DNA of 64,000 nucleotides from Myxococcota bacterium (GCA_028284295.1 JANQSB010000068.1:5571-69570), one strand, 5' to 3'. Positions 52,032-63,481 are shown, counted from the stretch's first letter. Translations and numbers: made by a program. The notes: generated by a model from the sequence alone, not told the origin.

Positions 52032-52682
52032 ATGAGCGAAGCCTCCCAAGCGACTCCCAGCCCGGAGGAAGCCCGGGCCCAGCGCGATGCCGCGCGCAAG
52101 GCCGACCGCAAGCGTTGGAAGGAGCACGCTCGGATCCACTTCGTCATGGGCATGGGAGCGCTCACGCTGTGGGGGGCGGCCGACGCGTGGGCGGCGGTCA
52201 GCGGGCTCGCCATCGCGCACGCCGCGTCCATCGCGAACGCGCTGATCGCCTCGACGATCGTCGCCTCCATCGTGCACGAGTGGGGTCACTTCGCGGGCGC
52301 GAGGCTCTCGGGGGCCGTCTCTCCCGCTCTCGAGAAGCGCGCGAACCACTTCTTCATGTTCGACTTCCCCTTCGACCGGAACGACGGCCGACAGTTCGTG
52401 TGGATGAGCTGGGGTGGGATCCTCGCCCCCTGGGCGCTGGTCCTCCTCGTCCTGGTGTCCGTGCCCCTCGATGGCCTCGGCCGGATCGTCCTGCTCGCGG
52501 GCTTCGTGACCCGCGCGGTACAGGTCGCGATCTTCGAGGTCCCCGTGGTCCGGCGTGCCATGGACGGAGGCGATCCGCGCAACGAGCTCGGGCGTCAGAT
52601 CGCCGCGGGCTTCGGCCGCAGCCGCCTCGTCGGCAACGCGGCCGGGGTGGCGGCGTTCCTCGTCTTCTGGCTGGCGGCCTGA
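52032..52682 (+). CDS. Small membrane protein with HExxH and PLDG motifs (minimal site-2-protease/M50-like)
   Basis: 216 aa. IVHEWGHFAG (codons at 52275-52289) lies in a TM context. VSVPLDGLG (LDG at 52467-52475) lies in a later TM segment. Confidence 0.5.
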   Translation: MSEASQATPSPEEARAQRDAARKADRKRWKEHARIHFVMGMGALTLWGAADAWAAVSGLAIAHAASIANALIASTIVASIVHEWGHFAGARLSGAVSPALEKRANHFFMFDFPFDRNDGRQFVWMSWGGILAPWALVLLVLVSVPLDGLGRIVLLAGFVTRAVQVAIFEVPVVRRAMDGGDPRNELGRQIAAGFGRSRLVGNAAGVAAFLVFWLAA

Positions 52683-52685
52683 AGC

Positions 52686-53528
52686 TTGGAGGCGCCGATC
52701 GAGTTCGGAGGCGGGCGGGTCCGCCTGGAGGCGCACGAGGGGATCGCGCACGTCCTCCTGAGCCGCCCGGACAAGAAGAACGCTCTCGACGCGGGCATGT
52801 TCGAGGGCCTGCGCGAGGCGGCGCGCCACGTCGCCGGCGAGCCTTCGATCCGGGTCGTCGTCCTCTCGGGTGCGGGTGACTCGTTCTGCTCGGGTCTCGA
52901 CTTCGCGACCTTCGGCGACATGGCCGACGGCGGCCTCGACGCCGATCGGGACGACGTTCGTGCCGCTGCCGCCGACCTGTCCGAGGACGGAGCCAATGCC
53001 GCCCAGCAGATCGCCTGGCTGTGGCAGGAGCTGCCGATCCCCGTCATCGCGGCGGTCCAGGGAGCGGCCTTCGGCGGCGGCTTCCACGTCGCCCTGGGCG
53101 CCGACATCCGCTTCGTGGCACCGGACGCGCGCATCGCCTTCGTGGAGATCACCTGGGGACTGGTCCCCGACCTCTCCGGTACCCAGGCCCTGCGGCGTCT
53201 GGTGCCGCTGGATCGGGCCAAGAAGCTCGTGATGAGCGGCGAGCCGATCTCCGGCGAGCAGGCCGTCGCGTGGAACCTGGGGACCGAGCTCTCGGACGAT
53301 CCGCTCGAGGATGCCTTCGCGCTGGCGCGGGTCTTCGCGGGGCGAAGCCCGGACGCGCTGCGCGCGGCCAAGAAGCTCCTGAACGAGTCGGCCCTGGTGC
53401 CGCTCGCACGAGGTCTGGCGAACGAGTTCGACGCTTCGGCGTCGCTGATGGGCGGCGCGAACCAGATCGAAGCCGTGGTCGCGCGCCTGCAGAAGCGCCC
53501 GCCCGTGTTCCGCGACCCGGAGCCCTAG
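52686..53528 (+). CDS. Enoyl-CoA hydratase/isomerase (crotonase) family
   Basis: 280 aa, TTG start. VVLSGAGDSFCSGLDF, AAVQGAAFGGGFHVALGADIRF. Confidence 0.85.
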   Translation: MEAPIEFGGGRVRLEAHEGIAHVLLSRPDKKNALDAGMFEGLREAARHVAGEPSIRVVVLSGAGDSFCSGLDFATFGDMADGGLDADRDDVRAAAADLSEDGANAAQQIAWLWQELPIPVIAAVQGAAFGGGFHVALGADIRFVAPDARIAFVEITWGLVPDLSGTQALRRLVPLDRAKKLVMSGEPISGEQAVAWNLGTELSDDPLEDAFALARVFAGRSPDALRAAKKLLNESALVPLARGLANEFDASASLMGGANQIEAVVARLQKRPPVFRDPEP

Positions 53529-53556
53529 GAGGTCGGGGCAGGCGGCGGCGGGCGAC

Positions 53557-54014
53557 TCAGGTCGAGCGGGACTTCCAGTGCCGTGTCATCTCGAGCCAGT
53601 CGGCGTCGCTCGGGTGCTCCTCGAAGCGCAGCGCGTTCTCGGGGATCTCGATCCAGGGCTGTGCGCTGCGGACCCAGATGTGGCCCGCCGGCTCGATCCA
53701 CGAGGTGTCGTCGAAGGTCCCGCCTTCGATCATCTCGAGGCCCTCGCCGCGCGACTGGCCTCCGGTGGGACCGCGACAGGACGGGCAGCGGTAGCCGTCC
53801 TTCACGCGCCCGTCGGGAGTCGAAGCCGGATGGAGCTCGGGTGCCACGCCTTCCCAGGTGACCGCGTCGCTGCGCACCACGACCGCCAGCAGGCAGGCCG
53901 AGCCCGTCTCGGTCTGGCAGTCCGTGCAGTGGCAGGCGTAGATCGTGACGGGGTCTTCGTCGAGCCGGAAGCGGAAGGCGCCGCAGATGCACCCGCCGCG
54001 TTGGGGCAGGGGGA

Positions 54015-54018
<4 letters not shown>
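53557..54018 (-). CDS. GFA (CENP-V-like) zinc protein, 153 aa
   Basis: Tail of ORF 53557..55089, from GTG 54018 (GTGA overlap with the monooxygenase stop). [10 protein letters not shown]...[15 protein letters not shown]...RCPSCRG. Confidence 0.8.
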
Positions 54019-55496
<1,478 letters not shown>

Positions 55497-55574
55497 TCCG
55501 GCTCCGTTTGCGTCCCCTGGGTAGCACGCTTCGGGGTCCGGGGGAGCCGGAGAGGGTTGGGGTCGCTCGGGCTC

Positions 55575-55919
55575 CTAGGCGGCGGCCCGGCTCCCCACGA
55601 ACTGGCTCAAGCGGGCGAGCGCCACGTCGTCGATCGACAGGAACTCGATGCTCACGCCGGTGGGCTCCTCGGGGCGTCGGCCGCAGCGCACGGCACGACC
55701 GCGCAGCTTGAGGGGCGGCTCGCCGTCCGGCAGGCACAGACAGATCTCGAGCTCGGCATCGATCGGCGGCCGCTGGCGGCCCTCGATGTAGATGCCGGAC
55801 TCGGTCAGGTTGACGGTGTGCGTGAAGGCGTCGACGCCGGCTCCGTCGCACTGGACCGGGAGGCGGACCGGGAGGCGGGGGGTCTTGCGTCTTTCCGTCG
55901 CGCTCTTGCCGTCGACCAT
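55575..55919 (-). CDS. PilZ-domain protein (114 aa)
   Basis: Tail of ORF 55575..57026. [10 protein letters not shown] (RxxxR) and NLTESGIYI (N-x-S/T-x-x-G). Confidence 0.75.
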   Translation of the reverse strand: MVDGKSATERRKTPRLPVRLPVQCDGAGVDAFTHTVNLTESGIYIEGRQRPPIDAELEICLCLPDGEPPLKLRGRAVRCGRRPEEPTGVSIEFLSIDDVALARLSQFVGSRAAA

Positions 55920-56219
55920 GAATCCAGACTCCTGTGCCGGCGCACCGGCTGCTTTCGGGCGTTCCGTCCTCTTGTGAGTGGCCCGGAGAGCGCGCGGGGG
56001 GTCACGGCTTTCTCGCTGCCCCCTCGATTCTCCCGGTCGGGTTCCGGAACCTCTTTCCGGTGTCGCGGGCGCGGATGCAAGCGGCCCTTGCATCCGGGCT
56101 GCGAGCGGTCCGCGTGCCAGAGCTCGAGGCGGAGCCGCCGCGGCCGCGCAGCTCCTGCGCGTCTCAAGTGCGCCTCCGGGCCGGACGATTCCAGCGGGGC
56201 GGACCGAGTGGGAGAGAGC

Positions 56220-57167
56220 ATGAGCGCGCAGCTGCGCCGCCTGACCGGATCCGGCCCCTTCCAGGCCTTCATCACCGCGGTGATCGTGGCTGCGGGGGTG
56301 CTGGTCGGGCTGGAGACCGACGCCCGGATCGTCGCGGATCACGGCCGACTGCTGCACGTTCTCGACCGGGCGATCCTGGCGATCTTCGTCGTCGAGATCG
56401 CGCTCAAGCTCGGCGCGGAGGGCCACCGTCCCTGGCGCTTCTTCGGGGACCCCTGGAACGTCTTCGACTTCTTGATCGTCGGCGCCTGTCTGCTGCCCTT
56501 CGGCTCGAGCTCGGTGACGGTCCTGCGTGTCCTGCGGCTGCTGCGGGTGCTGCGTCTGGTACGGGCGCTGCCGAAGCTGCAGCTGCTCGTCAATGCGCTG
56601 CTCAAGAGCATCCCCTCGATGCTCTACGTCACCCTGCTGCTGGGGCTGCTCTTCTACGTGTACGGCGTGACCGGCGTCTTCCTGTTCCGCGACAACGACC
56701 CGGTCCACTTCGAGAACCTCGGCCTCTCGATCCTGTCGCTCTTCCGGGTGGTCACCCTCGAGGATTGGACCGACATCATGTACATCCAGATGTACGGCTG
56801 CGACGCCTACGGGTACGCGGCGAATCCGGAGCTCTGCACCCGGCCCCAGGCGACTCCCTTCCTGGCCCCGGCCTTCTTCGTCTCCTTCGTGCTCCTCGGC
56901 ACGATGATCACCCTGAACCTCTTCATCGGCGTGATCATGAACGGGATGGACGAGGCCCAACGGGAGAGCGCGGAGGCCGCTGGCGAGGACGGAGGCGACC
57001 CGAGCGAGACGCTGCCGGTGCTCCATCTGCAGGAGCGGCTGGCCTCGCTCCAGCGCTCGGTCGCGGCGCTCGGAGAGTCGGTCGAGGCGCTACTGCCCGA
57101 GGAGCGCGAAGCGGCGGATGGCGCTCCGCCTCGGGCCGAGAGCTCTGCTCGATCTCCTAGCTCCTGA
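56220..57167 (+). CDS. Single-domain voltage-gated cation channel of the BacNav (NaChBac) family, 315 aa
   Basis: Tail of ORF 54024..57167, from ATG 56220. S4 [19 protein letters not shown], pore [15 protein letters not shown]6 [23 protein letters not shown]-terminal coiled-coil-like [25 protein letters not shown]. Confidence 0.85.
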   Translation: MSAQLRRLTGSGPFQAFITAVIVAAGVLVGLETDARIVADHGRLLHVLDRAILAIFVVEIALKLGAEGHRPWRFFGDPWNVFDFLIVGACLLPFGSSSVTVLRVLRLLRVLRLVRALPKLQLLVNALLKSIPSMLYVTLLLGLLFYVYGVTGVFLFRDNDPVHFENLGLSILSLFRVVTLEDWTDIMYIQMYGCDAYGYAANPELCTRPQATPFLAPAFFVSFVLLGTMITLNLFIGVIMNGMDEAQRESAEAAGEDGGDPSETLPVLHLQERLASLQRSVAALGESVEALLPEEREAADGAPPRAESSARSPSS

Positions 57168-57771
57168 CCCCTCCCCGGAAGAGCGCGAGCGCGGCGGCCC
57201 CCAGCAGTACGAAAGCCGTGCCGGTGACGACCACGACCCCCGGAAGCGGTCCGATGTGGGCGCGGGCCAGGATCTCGCTGGCCTCGGTCGTCGCCTCGGG
57301 ATGACTGGCGAGCTTGAGGCCCCAGGCCGCGAGCTGGACGCCCAGCAGGTAGACGTAGACCCGTCGCAGGCGACGCGCGGCCGCCTTGGTGATGGACATG
57401 CTCGGGATCGTGGTGCCGAGCTCTCCCGCGAGCTCGCCTTCGAGCGACGGGTCGAGCGGAAGCGTTCCCTCTTCCGGCGCCGCCCTCAGGGCCGGGGCCA
57501 CGAGGCCGCGTTCCAGTACGAGCGCGCGCCGTTGCCACAGGTGGTAGAAGGTCAGTCGGCGGGCTTCGAGGAGCAGGAAGACCAGCGTGAGGAAGAAGCC
57601 GACGTGAACCACGTAGTGCGGGGACGCGGCGTTGCCGAGAGCGAAGGAGAGCACTGCGGCCGTCGTGCCGATCGCCCAGTTGGTGGTCGCGTCCATGCGC
57701 ATGCGCCAGATGTCGGCGCGGCCGACCAGGGCCCGGTAGTAGTGAACGAGAATCGTCGCGCGGTCGCTCAT
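57157..57771 (-). CDS. DUF2270-like integral membrane protein
   Basis: ORF 57157..57816, probable start ATG 57771 ([35 protein letters not shown]...[17 protein letters not shown]). Confidence 0.6.
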   Translation of the reverse strand: MSDRATILVHYYRALVGRADIWRMRMDATTNWAIGTTAAVLSFALGNAASPHYVVHVGFFLTLVFLLLEARRLTFYHLWQRRALVLERGLVAPALRAAPEEGTLPLDPSLEGELAGELGTTIPSMSITKAAARRLRRVYVYLLGVQLAAWGLKLASHPEATTEASEILARAHIGPLPGVVVVTGTAFVLLGAAALALFRGGVRS

Positions 57772-57908
57772 CGGTGGGGCCCCTTCGGCTTCGGTCGGGG
57801 AGGCGTTTCGCCCCATCCGGCCAGCATAGCCTCGGGTCGGTCGCGGAAGCGTGCCAAGGCCGCGAGCCGGTCGTCTAGAATCGGCGGGGATCCGGACGGG
57901 AGCACCAC

Positions 57909-59348
57909 GTGAAGCGCAGACAGCTGGAGACCTGCATCGTCGGTGCCGGCATGTCGGGGCTGCTCATGGCGATCCGGCTGAAGAAGGCCGGAAGGCCCTT
58001 CCAGATCATCGAGAAGGCGCACTCGGTGGGCGGGACCTGGCGGGAGAACCGCTACCCGGGCCTCACCTGTGACGTTCCGTCCTTCTTCTACTCCTACAGC
58101 TTCGAGCCCAACCCGGACTGGACCCATCGCTTCTCGCCGGGGCCGGAGATCCGCGCCTACTTCGAGCGGGTCGCCGAGAAGTACGGCCTTCTCGAGCACG
58201 TCCGCTTCGGCGAGACGATCTCGGCGGCGCGCTACGAGGGTGGGGCCTGGTCGATCGAGACCGGCCGCGGCGACCGCATCCGGGCCGAGGTGCTGGTGGA
58301 CGCCACCGGTCCGCTGCACATCAAGAACTACCCGGAGATCCCGGGCATGGACGACTTCGAGGGGGCGCTCTTCCACTCCGCCGACTGGGACGACGAGCTC
58401 GACCTCCGGGGCAAGCGGATCGCCGTGATCGGCAACGGCTCGACGGGCGTGCAGATGATGAAGCCGCTCGCCGAGCAGGCGAGCGAGCTCACCCTGTTCC
58501 AGCGCACGGCGCAGTGGATCTTCCCGGTGGGCAACCAGCGCTACAGCGAGAGCCAACGACGCTGGACCCGTCGCCTGCCGATCCTGGGATGGCTGACCCG
58601 GCAGTTCTACAAGCGACTCTTCGATCTCGCGTCGGTGGGTGTCACCCAGGACGGCTACTGGCGACGCAGGATGAAGAAGGGCTGCGAGGAGCACCTGGCG
58701 AGCGTTCGCGATCCGGAGCTGCGCGCCAAGCTCACGCCGGACTACGAGCCCGGGTGCAAGCGCCTGATCCTGAACCGGGACTTCTACCGCGTTCTCGAGC
58801 GCGACCACGTCCACCTGGTGACCGGGCGCATCGATCGCATCGAGCCACGGGGCGTCGTGACGGCCGACGGACGCCTGCACGAGCTGGACGTGATCGTGCT
58901 GGCGACCGGGTTTCGCGCCCACGACTGGGGTATCGACAACGTGGTGGGCGCGGAAGGCCTGAGCCTCGCCGAGGCCTGGGCCAGCGGGCCGCGCACCTAC
59001 CGCTCGATCACGATGCCCGGCTTCCCCAACTTCTTCATGCTCGTGGGGCCCAACAGCCCGATCGGGAACATCTCGATCATCGACGTCTCCGAGACCCAGA
59101 CCCGCTACGTGCTCGACTGCATCCGGCGCATCGAGAAGGCCGAAGGCCGGGCGCTCGCACCGAAACCCGAGGCCGCCGAGCGCTTCCAGGCGGAGCTGCG
59201 CGAGGCGATGAAGGGCACCGTCTGGATCACCGGCTGCAACAGCTGGTACCTCGATCCCGACGGGATTCCGACCTTGTGGCCCTGGTCGGCCGCGCAATTC
59301 CACCGCGTGATGCGCCGGCCGGAGTTCGGCGACTTCGACTGGATCTAG
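57909..59348 (+). CDS. Class-B flavin-containing monooxygenase (FMO/BVMO-like)
   Basis: 479 aa, GTG start. IVGAGMSGLLMA, VGGTWRENRYPGLTCDVPS, IAVIGNGSTGVQ. Confidence 0.85.
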   Translation: MKRRQLETCIVGAGMSGLLMAIRLKKAGRPFQIIEKAHSVGGTWRENRYPGLTCDVPSFFYSYSFEPNPDWTHRFSPGPEIRAYFERVAEKYGLLEHVRFGETISAARYEGGAWSIETGRGDRIRAEVLVDATGPLHIKNYPEIPGMDDFEGALFHSADWDDELDLRGKRIAVIGNGSTGVQMMKPLAEQASELTLFQRTAQWIFPVGNQRYSESQRRWTRRLPILGWLTRQFYKRLFDLASVGVTQDGYWRRRMKKGCEEHLASVRDPELRAKLTPDYEPGCKRLILNRDFYRVLERDHVHLVTGRIDRIEPRGVVTADGRLHELDVIVLATGFRAHDWGIDNVVGAEGLSLAEAWASGPRTYRSITMPGFPNFFMLVGPNSPIGNISIIDVSETQTRYVLDCIRRIEKAEGRALAPKPEAAERFQAELREAMKGTVWITGCNSWYLDPDGIPTLWPWSAAQFHRVMRRPEFGDFDWI

Positions 59349-59373
59349 GCCGAGTGCGGGTATCCTGGCCGGG

Positions 59374-60261
59374 ATGGAGGCAATCGTCCGCTACGGCTTC
59401 TACCCCTTCGTGCTGTTCGCCGCTGCGACCGGCGCCGTCCTCGCCTTGCAATCGGGCACGCCGCCCACGCTGGTGGTGGCGGCCGCCAGCGGAATCCTCA
59501 TCCCGGTCTGCCTGACGATGGAGCTCGTCCTGCCCGAGACGCCGCGGTGGCGCCTGCAACGCGGCGAGGCGTTCGCGGATCTCCTGCACATGCTGCTCTC
59601 CAGTCCGATCCCGATGGCGATCCTGCAGGCCACGCTCTTCGTCGCCGCCGTCGCCGCCTCCGGGGCGATCAGTCGGGCCGTGGGCTTCGGACTGTGGCCG
59701 ACCGACTGGCCGCTCGCCGCCCAGTCGCTGCTGGCGATCGCGCTGGCAGAGCTCGCGAACTACTGGATCCACCGGGGATTGCACGAGTCCCGCTTGTGGC
59801 CCCTGCACGCCGTCCACCACTGCTCGAGGCGGATGTACTTCCTCATCTCGATGCGCAAGCACCCCCTGCAGTCCTTCCTCACCTACGGGGGCAGGCTGTC
59901 GCTGCTGTGGCTGCTCGGAGCGACGCCGGAGTCGATCGCCGTCTACACGGTGTTCGTCACCGCGAACTCGCTGCTGCAGCACGCGAATCTGCGCATGGAG
60001 ACCGGACCCCTGGGCTGGGTGCTGGCGACTCCCGAGCTGCACCGACTGCACCACTCTCGTCGGCCGGACGAGCTCGACACGAACTACGGCGACTCGCTCA
60101 TCGTCTGGGATCGGCTCTTCGGGAGCTACCGCGCGCCCGACCCCGCGCGGCCGATGCACGATGCCATCGGCCTCCCCGAGATCGAGGTGCCGCAGACCTA
60201 CCTCTGCCACCTGAAGCTGCCCTTCGTCTGGAAGCGGCTCCACGAGGCTCGCGGCCGATAG
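59374..60261 (+). CDS. Sterol desaturase / fatty-acid hydroxylase superfamily membrane di-iron enzyme
   Basis: 295 aa. His clusters HRGLHE, HAVHH, LHRLHHS. Confidence 0.8.
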   Translation: MEAIVRYGFYPFVLFAAATGAVLALQSGTPPTLVVAAASGILIPVCLTMELVLPETPRWRLQRGEAFADLLHMLLSSPIPMAILQATLFVAAVAASGAISRAVGFGLWPTDWPLAAQSLLAIALAELANYWIHRGLHESRLWPLHAVHHCSRRMYFLISMRKHPLQSFLTYGGRLSLLWLLGATPESIAVYTVFVTANSLLQHANLRMETGPLGWVLATPELHRLHHSRRPDELDTNYGDSLIVWDRLFGSYRAPDPARPMHDAIGLPEIEVPQTYLCHLKLPFVWKRLHEARGR

Positions 60262-60276
60262 GCCTTGGCCGCCGGC

Positions 60277-60828
60277 TCAGCGGGACGGCTTGGAACCGGG
60301 CGGGGACGGAGCCGCGCCGGGCGCGACGCCTCCCGTCAACGCTCGCACCGCCGGGTCCTTCATCAGGCGCTTCATCTTCGGGTGGCGCTGCAGGAACTCC
60401 ATGTCGCGGCGCGCCACCGCACGCAGGATCTCCGGGTCCTGGAGGACCTCCTGCATGGCCGGGTTGCTCTGCAGCTGCATCAGCGCGGCGCTGAGCTGGG
60501 GATCGGTGAGCATCCGCGTCTGCAGGTCCTGGATGGCCGCGGCCGAGGGGGGCGGCGCGGTCGGTCGCGTGGGCGGCCCCTCGATCTTCTTGACCCGGGT
60601 CGCCGGCACGCGAATGCGTCCGAGGGTCGGGGACTCGAAGGTGTAGACCCCCTTCTCGAGGGAGCGGACCTCGGCAACGATCTCGCTGCCGTCGCGCAGC
60701 AGGATCCGCTGGGGGTCTGCGGCGAGCTCGGCTGCGGGACCGAGCCCGAGTGCGATCGATAGCAGGAGCCACGCGGACGCGGTGCTCCGGCGCCGGGGCC
60801 GTGCGGGTTGCGAGGGCTGCGAAGTCAT
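60277..60828 (-). CDS. Secreted protein with STI1/DP-like repeats
   Basis: 183 aa. Signal RRRSTASAWLLLSIALGLGPAAELAA. C half TDPQLSAALMQLQSNPAMQEVLQDPEILRAV...HPKMKRLMKDPAVRAL. Confidence 0.55.
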   Translation of the reverse strand: MTSQPSQPARPRRRSTASAWLLLSIALGLGPAAELAADPQRILLRDGSEIVAEVRSLEKGVYTFESPTLGRIRVPATRVKKIEGPPTRPTAPPPSAAAIQDLQTRMLTDPQLSAALMQLQSNPAMQEVLQDPEILRAVARRDMEFLQRHPKMKRLMKDPAVRALTGGVAPGAAPSPPGSKPSR

Positions 60829-60919
60829 GACGACTCCCTTCGCCTTCCCTCTTCGGCACGATTCGCGCCGGAATCAAGCGGGGCGGGCGCCGCCCCCGCA
60901 GGCGCTCGCGCTGGAACGC

Positions 60920-62212
60920 TCAGGACGAGCGCGCCACGCGAACCGGCAGCTGGGAGACGCCGCGCAGGGCCGTGTTGCTGCCCCAGGGCGGTCGCTCGCG
61001 AGCGAGCTCGATGCGGGGATAGCGGTCGAGCAAGGCGTCGAGTGCGACCCGGGTCTCGAGCCTTGCGAGTGACGACCCCAGACAGAAGTGGATCCCGTGT
61101 CCGAAGGACAGGTGGTTGTTGGGCGTACGTCCGACGTCGAGGATCTCGGGATCGTGGAACTCCTCCGGGTCGCGGTTGGCTGCAGCCATGGCGAGGATGA
61201 CCATCTCGCCCCGACCGATGCGCGTCGTCTTGAAGCTCAGGTCCTGTACGGCGATGCGCGCCGTCATGTGCACCGGTCCGTCCCAGCGAAGCAGCTCCTC
61301 GACGGCCGTCTCCATCAGCCCGGGTTCTTCGCGCAGCCGCGCGAGCTGGTCGGGATGGCGGAGCAGCGCGAGCAGGCCGTTGCCGATCATCTTCGTGGTC
61401 GTCTCGTTGCCCGCCACCAGCAGCAGCACGACCATCTGGTAGATCTCGCCTTCGTCCAGGCGCTCGCCGTCCTCCTCCGCGGCGATCAACGCGCTGAGCA
61501 GGTCGTCGCGCGGCTCCCTCCGGCGTTCGGCCACGATCGGCTCGAGGTAGGCCTCGAGCTCGCGCACGGCGCGGATCGAGGCGCGCAGGTCTTCGCCGGC
61601 GTCCGAGCCCAGCGAGCGCACCGCCTCGTCCGACCAATGCCGAAAGCGCTCTCGGTCCTCGCTGGGGACGCCGAGCAGCTCGGCGATCACGGTGACCGGT
61701 AGCGGGTAGGCGAGGGCGCCCACCACGTCGATCTCGGTCGCGTCGCCCCGGGCGTCGAGCAGCTCGTCGGCGATCTCGCGCATGCGTCTCTCGAGCGCCT
61801 TGACGGCGCGCGGCGTGAAGGCCTTGTTGACGAGGCCCCGCAGCCGGGTGTGACGGGGAGGATCCGAGCTGAGCATGCTCGGGTTCTCGAGCTCGGACTC
61901 GCTGGCGCCGGCCCGCAGCTGGGCCCGTCGGATGCGGGCCCAGTCCCGGCCGTGGCGGAAGTCGGACGACAGACGGCGATCGCCGAAGAGCTCGCGCACG
62001 TCGTCGTAGCCGGAGAAGACCCATCCCCGGGTCAGCCGGCTGCGGTGGACCGGCCGCTCCTCGCGCAGGCGACGGTACAGGGGGTGGGGGTTCTCGATGA
62101 AGTCCGCGCCCGTCGGGTTGAAGAAGAGCCCCGACTCGAGTCTCTCCCACAGACCGAGGCCGTTCACGATTCCGCGTCCCACGGCCCGACGGGCCCGGTC
62201 GGAGATTCCCAT
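60920..62212 (-). CDS. Cytochrome P450
   Basis: 430 aa. LLLVAGNETT (I-helix), EELLRW, heme loop FGHGIHFCLGSSLA. Confidence 0.9.
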   Translation of the reverse strand: MGISDRARRAVGRGIVNGLGLWERLESGLFFNPTGADFIENPHPLYRRLREERPVHRSRLTRGWVFSGYDDVRELFGDRRLSSDFRHGRDWARIRRAQLRAGASESELENPSMLSSDPPRHTRLRGLVNKAFTPRAVKALERRMREIADELLDARGDATEIDVVGALAYPLPVTVIAELLGVPSEDRERFRHWSDEAVRSLGSDAGEDLRASIRAVRELEAYLEPIVAERRREPRDDLLSALIAAEEDGERLDEGEIYQMVVLLLVAGNETTTKMIGNGLLALLRHPDQLARLREEPGLMETAVEELLRWDGPVHMTARIAVQDLSFKTTRIGRGEMVILAMAAANRDPEEFHDPEILDVGRTPNNHLSFGHGIHFCLGSSLARLETRVALDALLDRYPRIELARERPPWGSNTALRGVSQLPVRVARSS

Positions 62213-62266
62213 TCGACCAGTGTACCCGTCGTCTCCCTTCGGTGAAGTCGTGCTCGGGAGTCGGGT

Positions 62267-63481
62267 TCAGGCGGCTCCGGCCACTACCCGATTGCGCCCG
62301 CCCTGCTTCGCCTCCATCAGGGCCTGGTCCGCACGCTTGACCAGACCGGAGACCGTATCGCCGGGCCGGTAGTCGGCGACGCCGAAGCTCGCCGTGACCG
62401 CGGCGCGGGTCCCCTGACCGCTCGTCTCGATCAGGTCGCGCAGGCGTTCCGCGGCATTGAAGGCCCCGGGCAGATCGAGATTCGGAGCCACCAGGAGGAA
62501 CTCCTCGCCCCCCCAGCGGCCGAACACGTCGGTCTGGCGCCGACTGCGATCCATCAGCATCGCGACGCGCCGAAGCACGCGATCCCCTTCGTCGTGGCCG
62601 TGGGTGTCGTTCACTCCCTTGAATTCGTCGAGATCCAGCAGGATCACGGCCAGGCTGCCGCCCACCCGTTCGCACTGGAGGATCTCCTGCTCGAGCGCCA
62701 GGGTGATCGAACGCCGGTTCGCGATGCCGGTCAGGAAGTCGGTCTCGGCGAAGCTCCGCAGGTTCACGGCCAGCTTGTGGGTGTCGAGGAAGGTCATCTT
62801 GAGACGCGCGAATCCGTAGACGAGCATCAGGCAGCCGAGCTGCCCCATGAAGAACTCGGAGACGTCGCCGTGGTAGATCGTGGACGCGCCCGGGACCACC
62901 CAACGCCAGACGAGGGCCGCGCTTGCCAGCAGCAGGGTCAGGCTGAGCATCAGCGCACGCCGGCGATCGAAGACCAGGAAGGCGAAGAGATAGAGACAGG
63001 GAAACCAGATCAGCAGCTCGTAGGTGTCGAGCACCGGGATCAGCCCGGGCTTTCCGTTCGTCGCGGAGAAGTGGATCCGCTCCAGCAGCACGCCGCCGCC
63101 CACGAGGAAGAGCCCGAGCTCGGCGCCGCGCAGCCTTCCCTTCCAGGTCAGCAGGGTCAGGGCCGCGAACATGACCGCGAGCACCGGAACGATGACCCGC
63201 TCGACCGAGTCGATGTCCTTCATCGCGCCGAATACCCAGAAGACGGCGCTCAGCAGCGTGCCGGTTCCGGTGGCTGCGAACAGGATCGTCCGTCGCAGGC
63301 GCTCCGGTCCACCGGGGCCCAGGTCTTCGAGCGCGCTGCTCGGGATGGCGTCGCGCGACTCGTCGGCGCTCTGCTGGGGGCTCTCGCCGCTCAAGCGGGG
63401 TCTCCTCGTCGCAACGGTGCATCGGCAGGACGACCGTGTGTCGTTAGCCGCCGAACGCGTCGCGTTCGCTCGCCGCGTCAT
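62267..63481 (-). CDS. Membrane-anchored diguanylate cyclase (GGDEF)
   Basis: 404-aa ORF. An alternative TTG start at 63394 lies behind AGGAGA. Six hydrophobic segments, then GIANRR..., the RQTD I-site, and GGEEF. Confidence 0.85.
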   Translation of the reverse strand: MTRRANATRSAANDTRSSCRCTVATRRPRLSGESPQQSADESRDAIPSSALEDLGPGGPERLRRTILFAATGTGTLLSAVFWVFGAMKDIDSVERVIVPVLAVMFAALTLLTWKGRLRGAELGLFLVGGGVLLERIHFSATNGKPGLIPVLDTYELLIWFPCLYLFAFLVFDRRRALMLSLTLLLASAALVWRWVVPGASTIYHGDVSEFFMGQLGCLMLVYGFARLKMTFLDTHKLAVNLRSFAETDFLTGIANRRSITLALEQEILQCERVGGSLAVILLDLDEFKGVNDTHGHDEGDRVLRRVAMLMDRSRRQTDVFGRWGGEEFLLVAPNLDLPGAFNAAERLRDLIETSGQGTRAAVTASFGVADYRPGDTVSGLVKRADQALMEAKQGGRNRVVAGAA

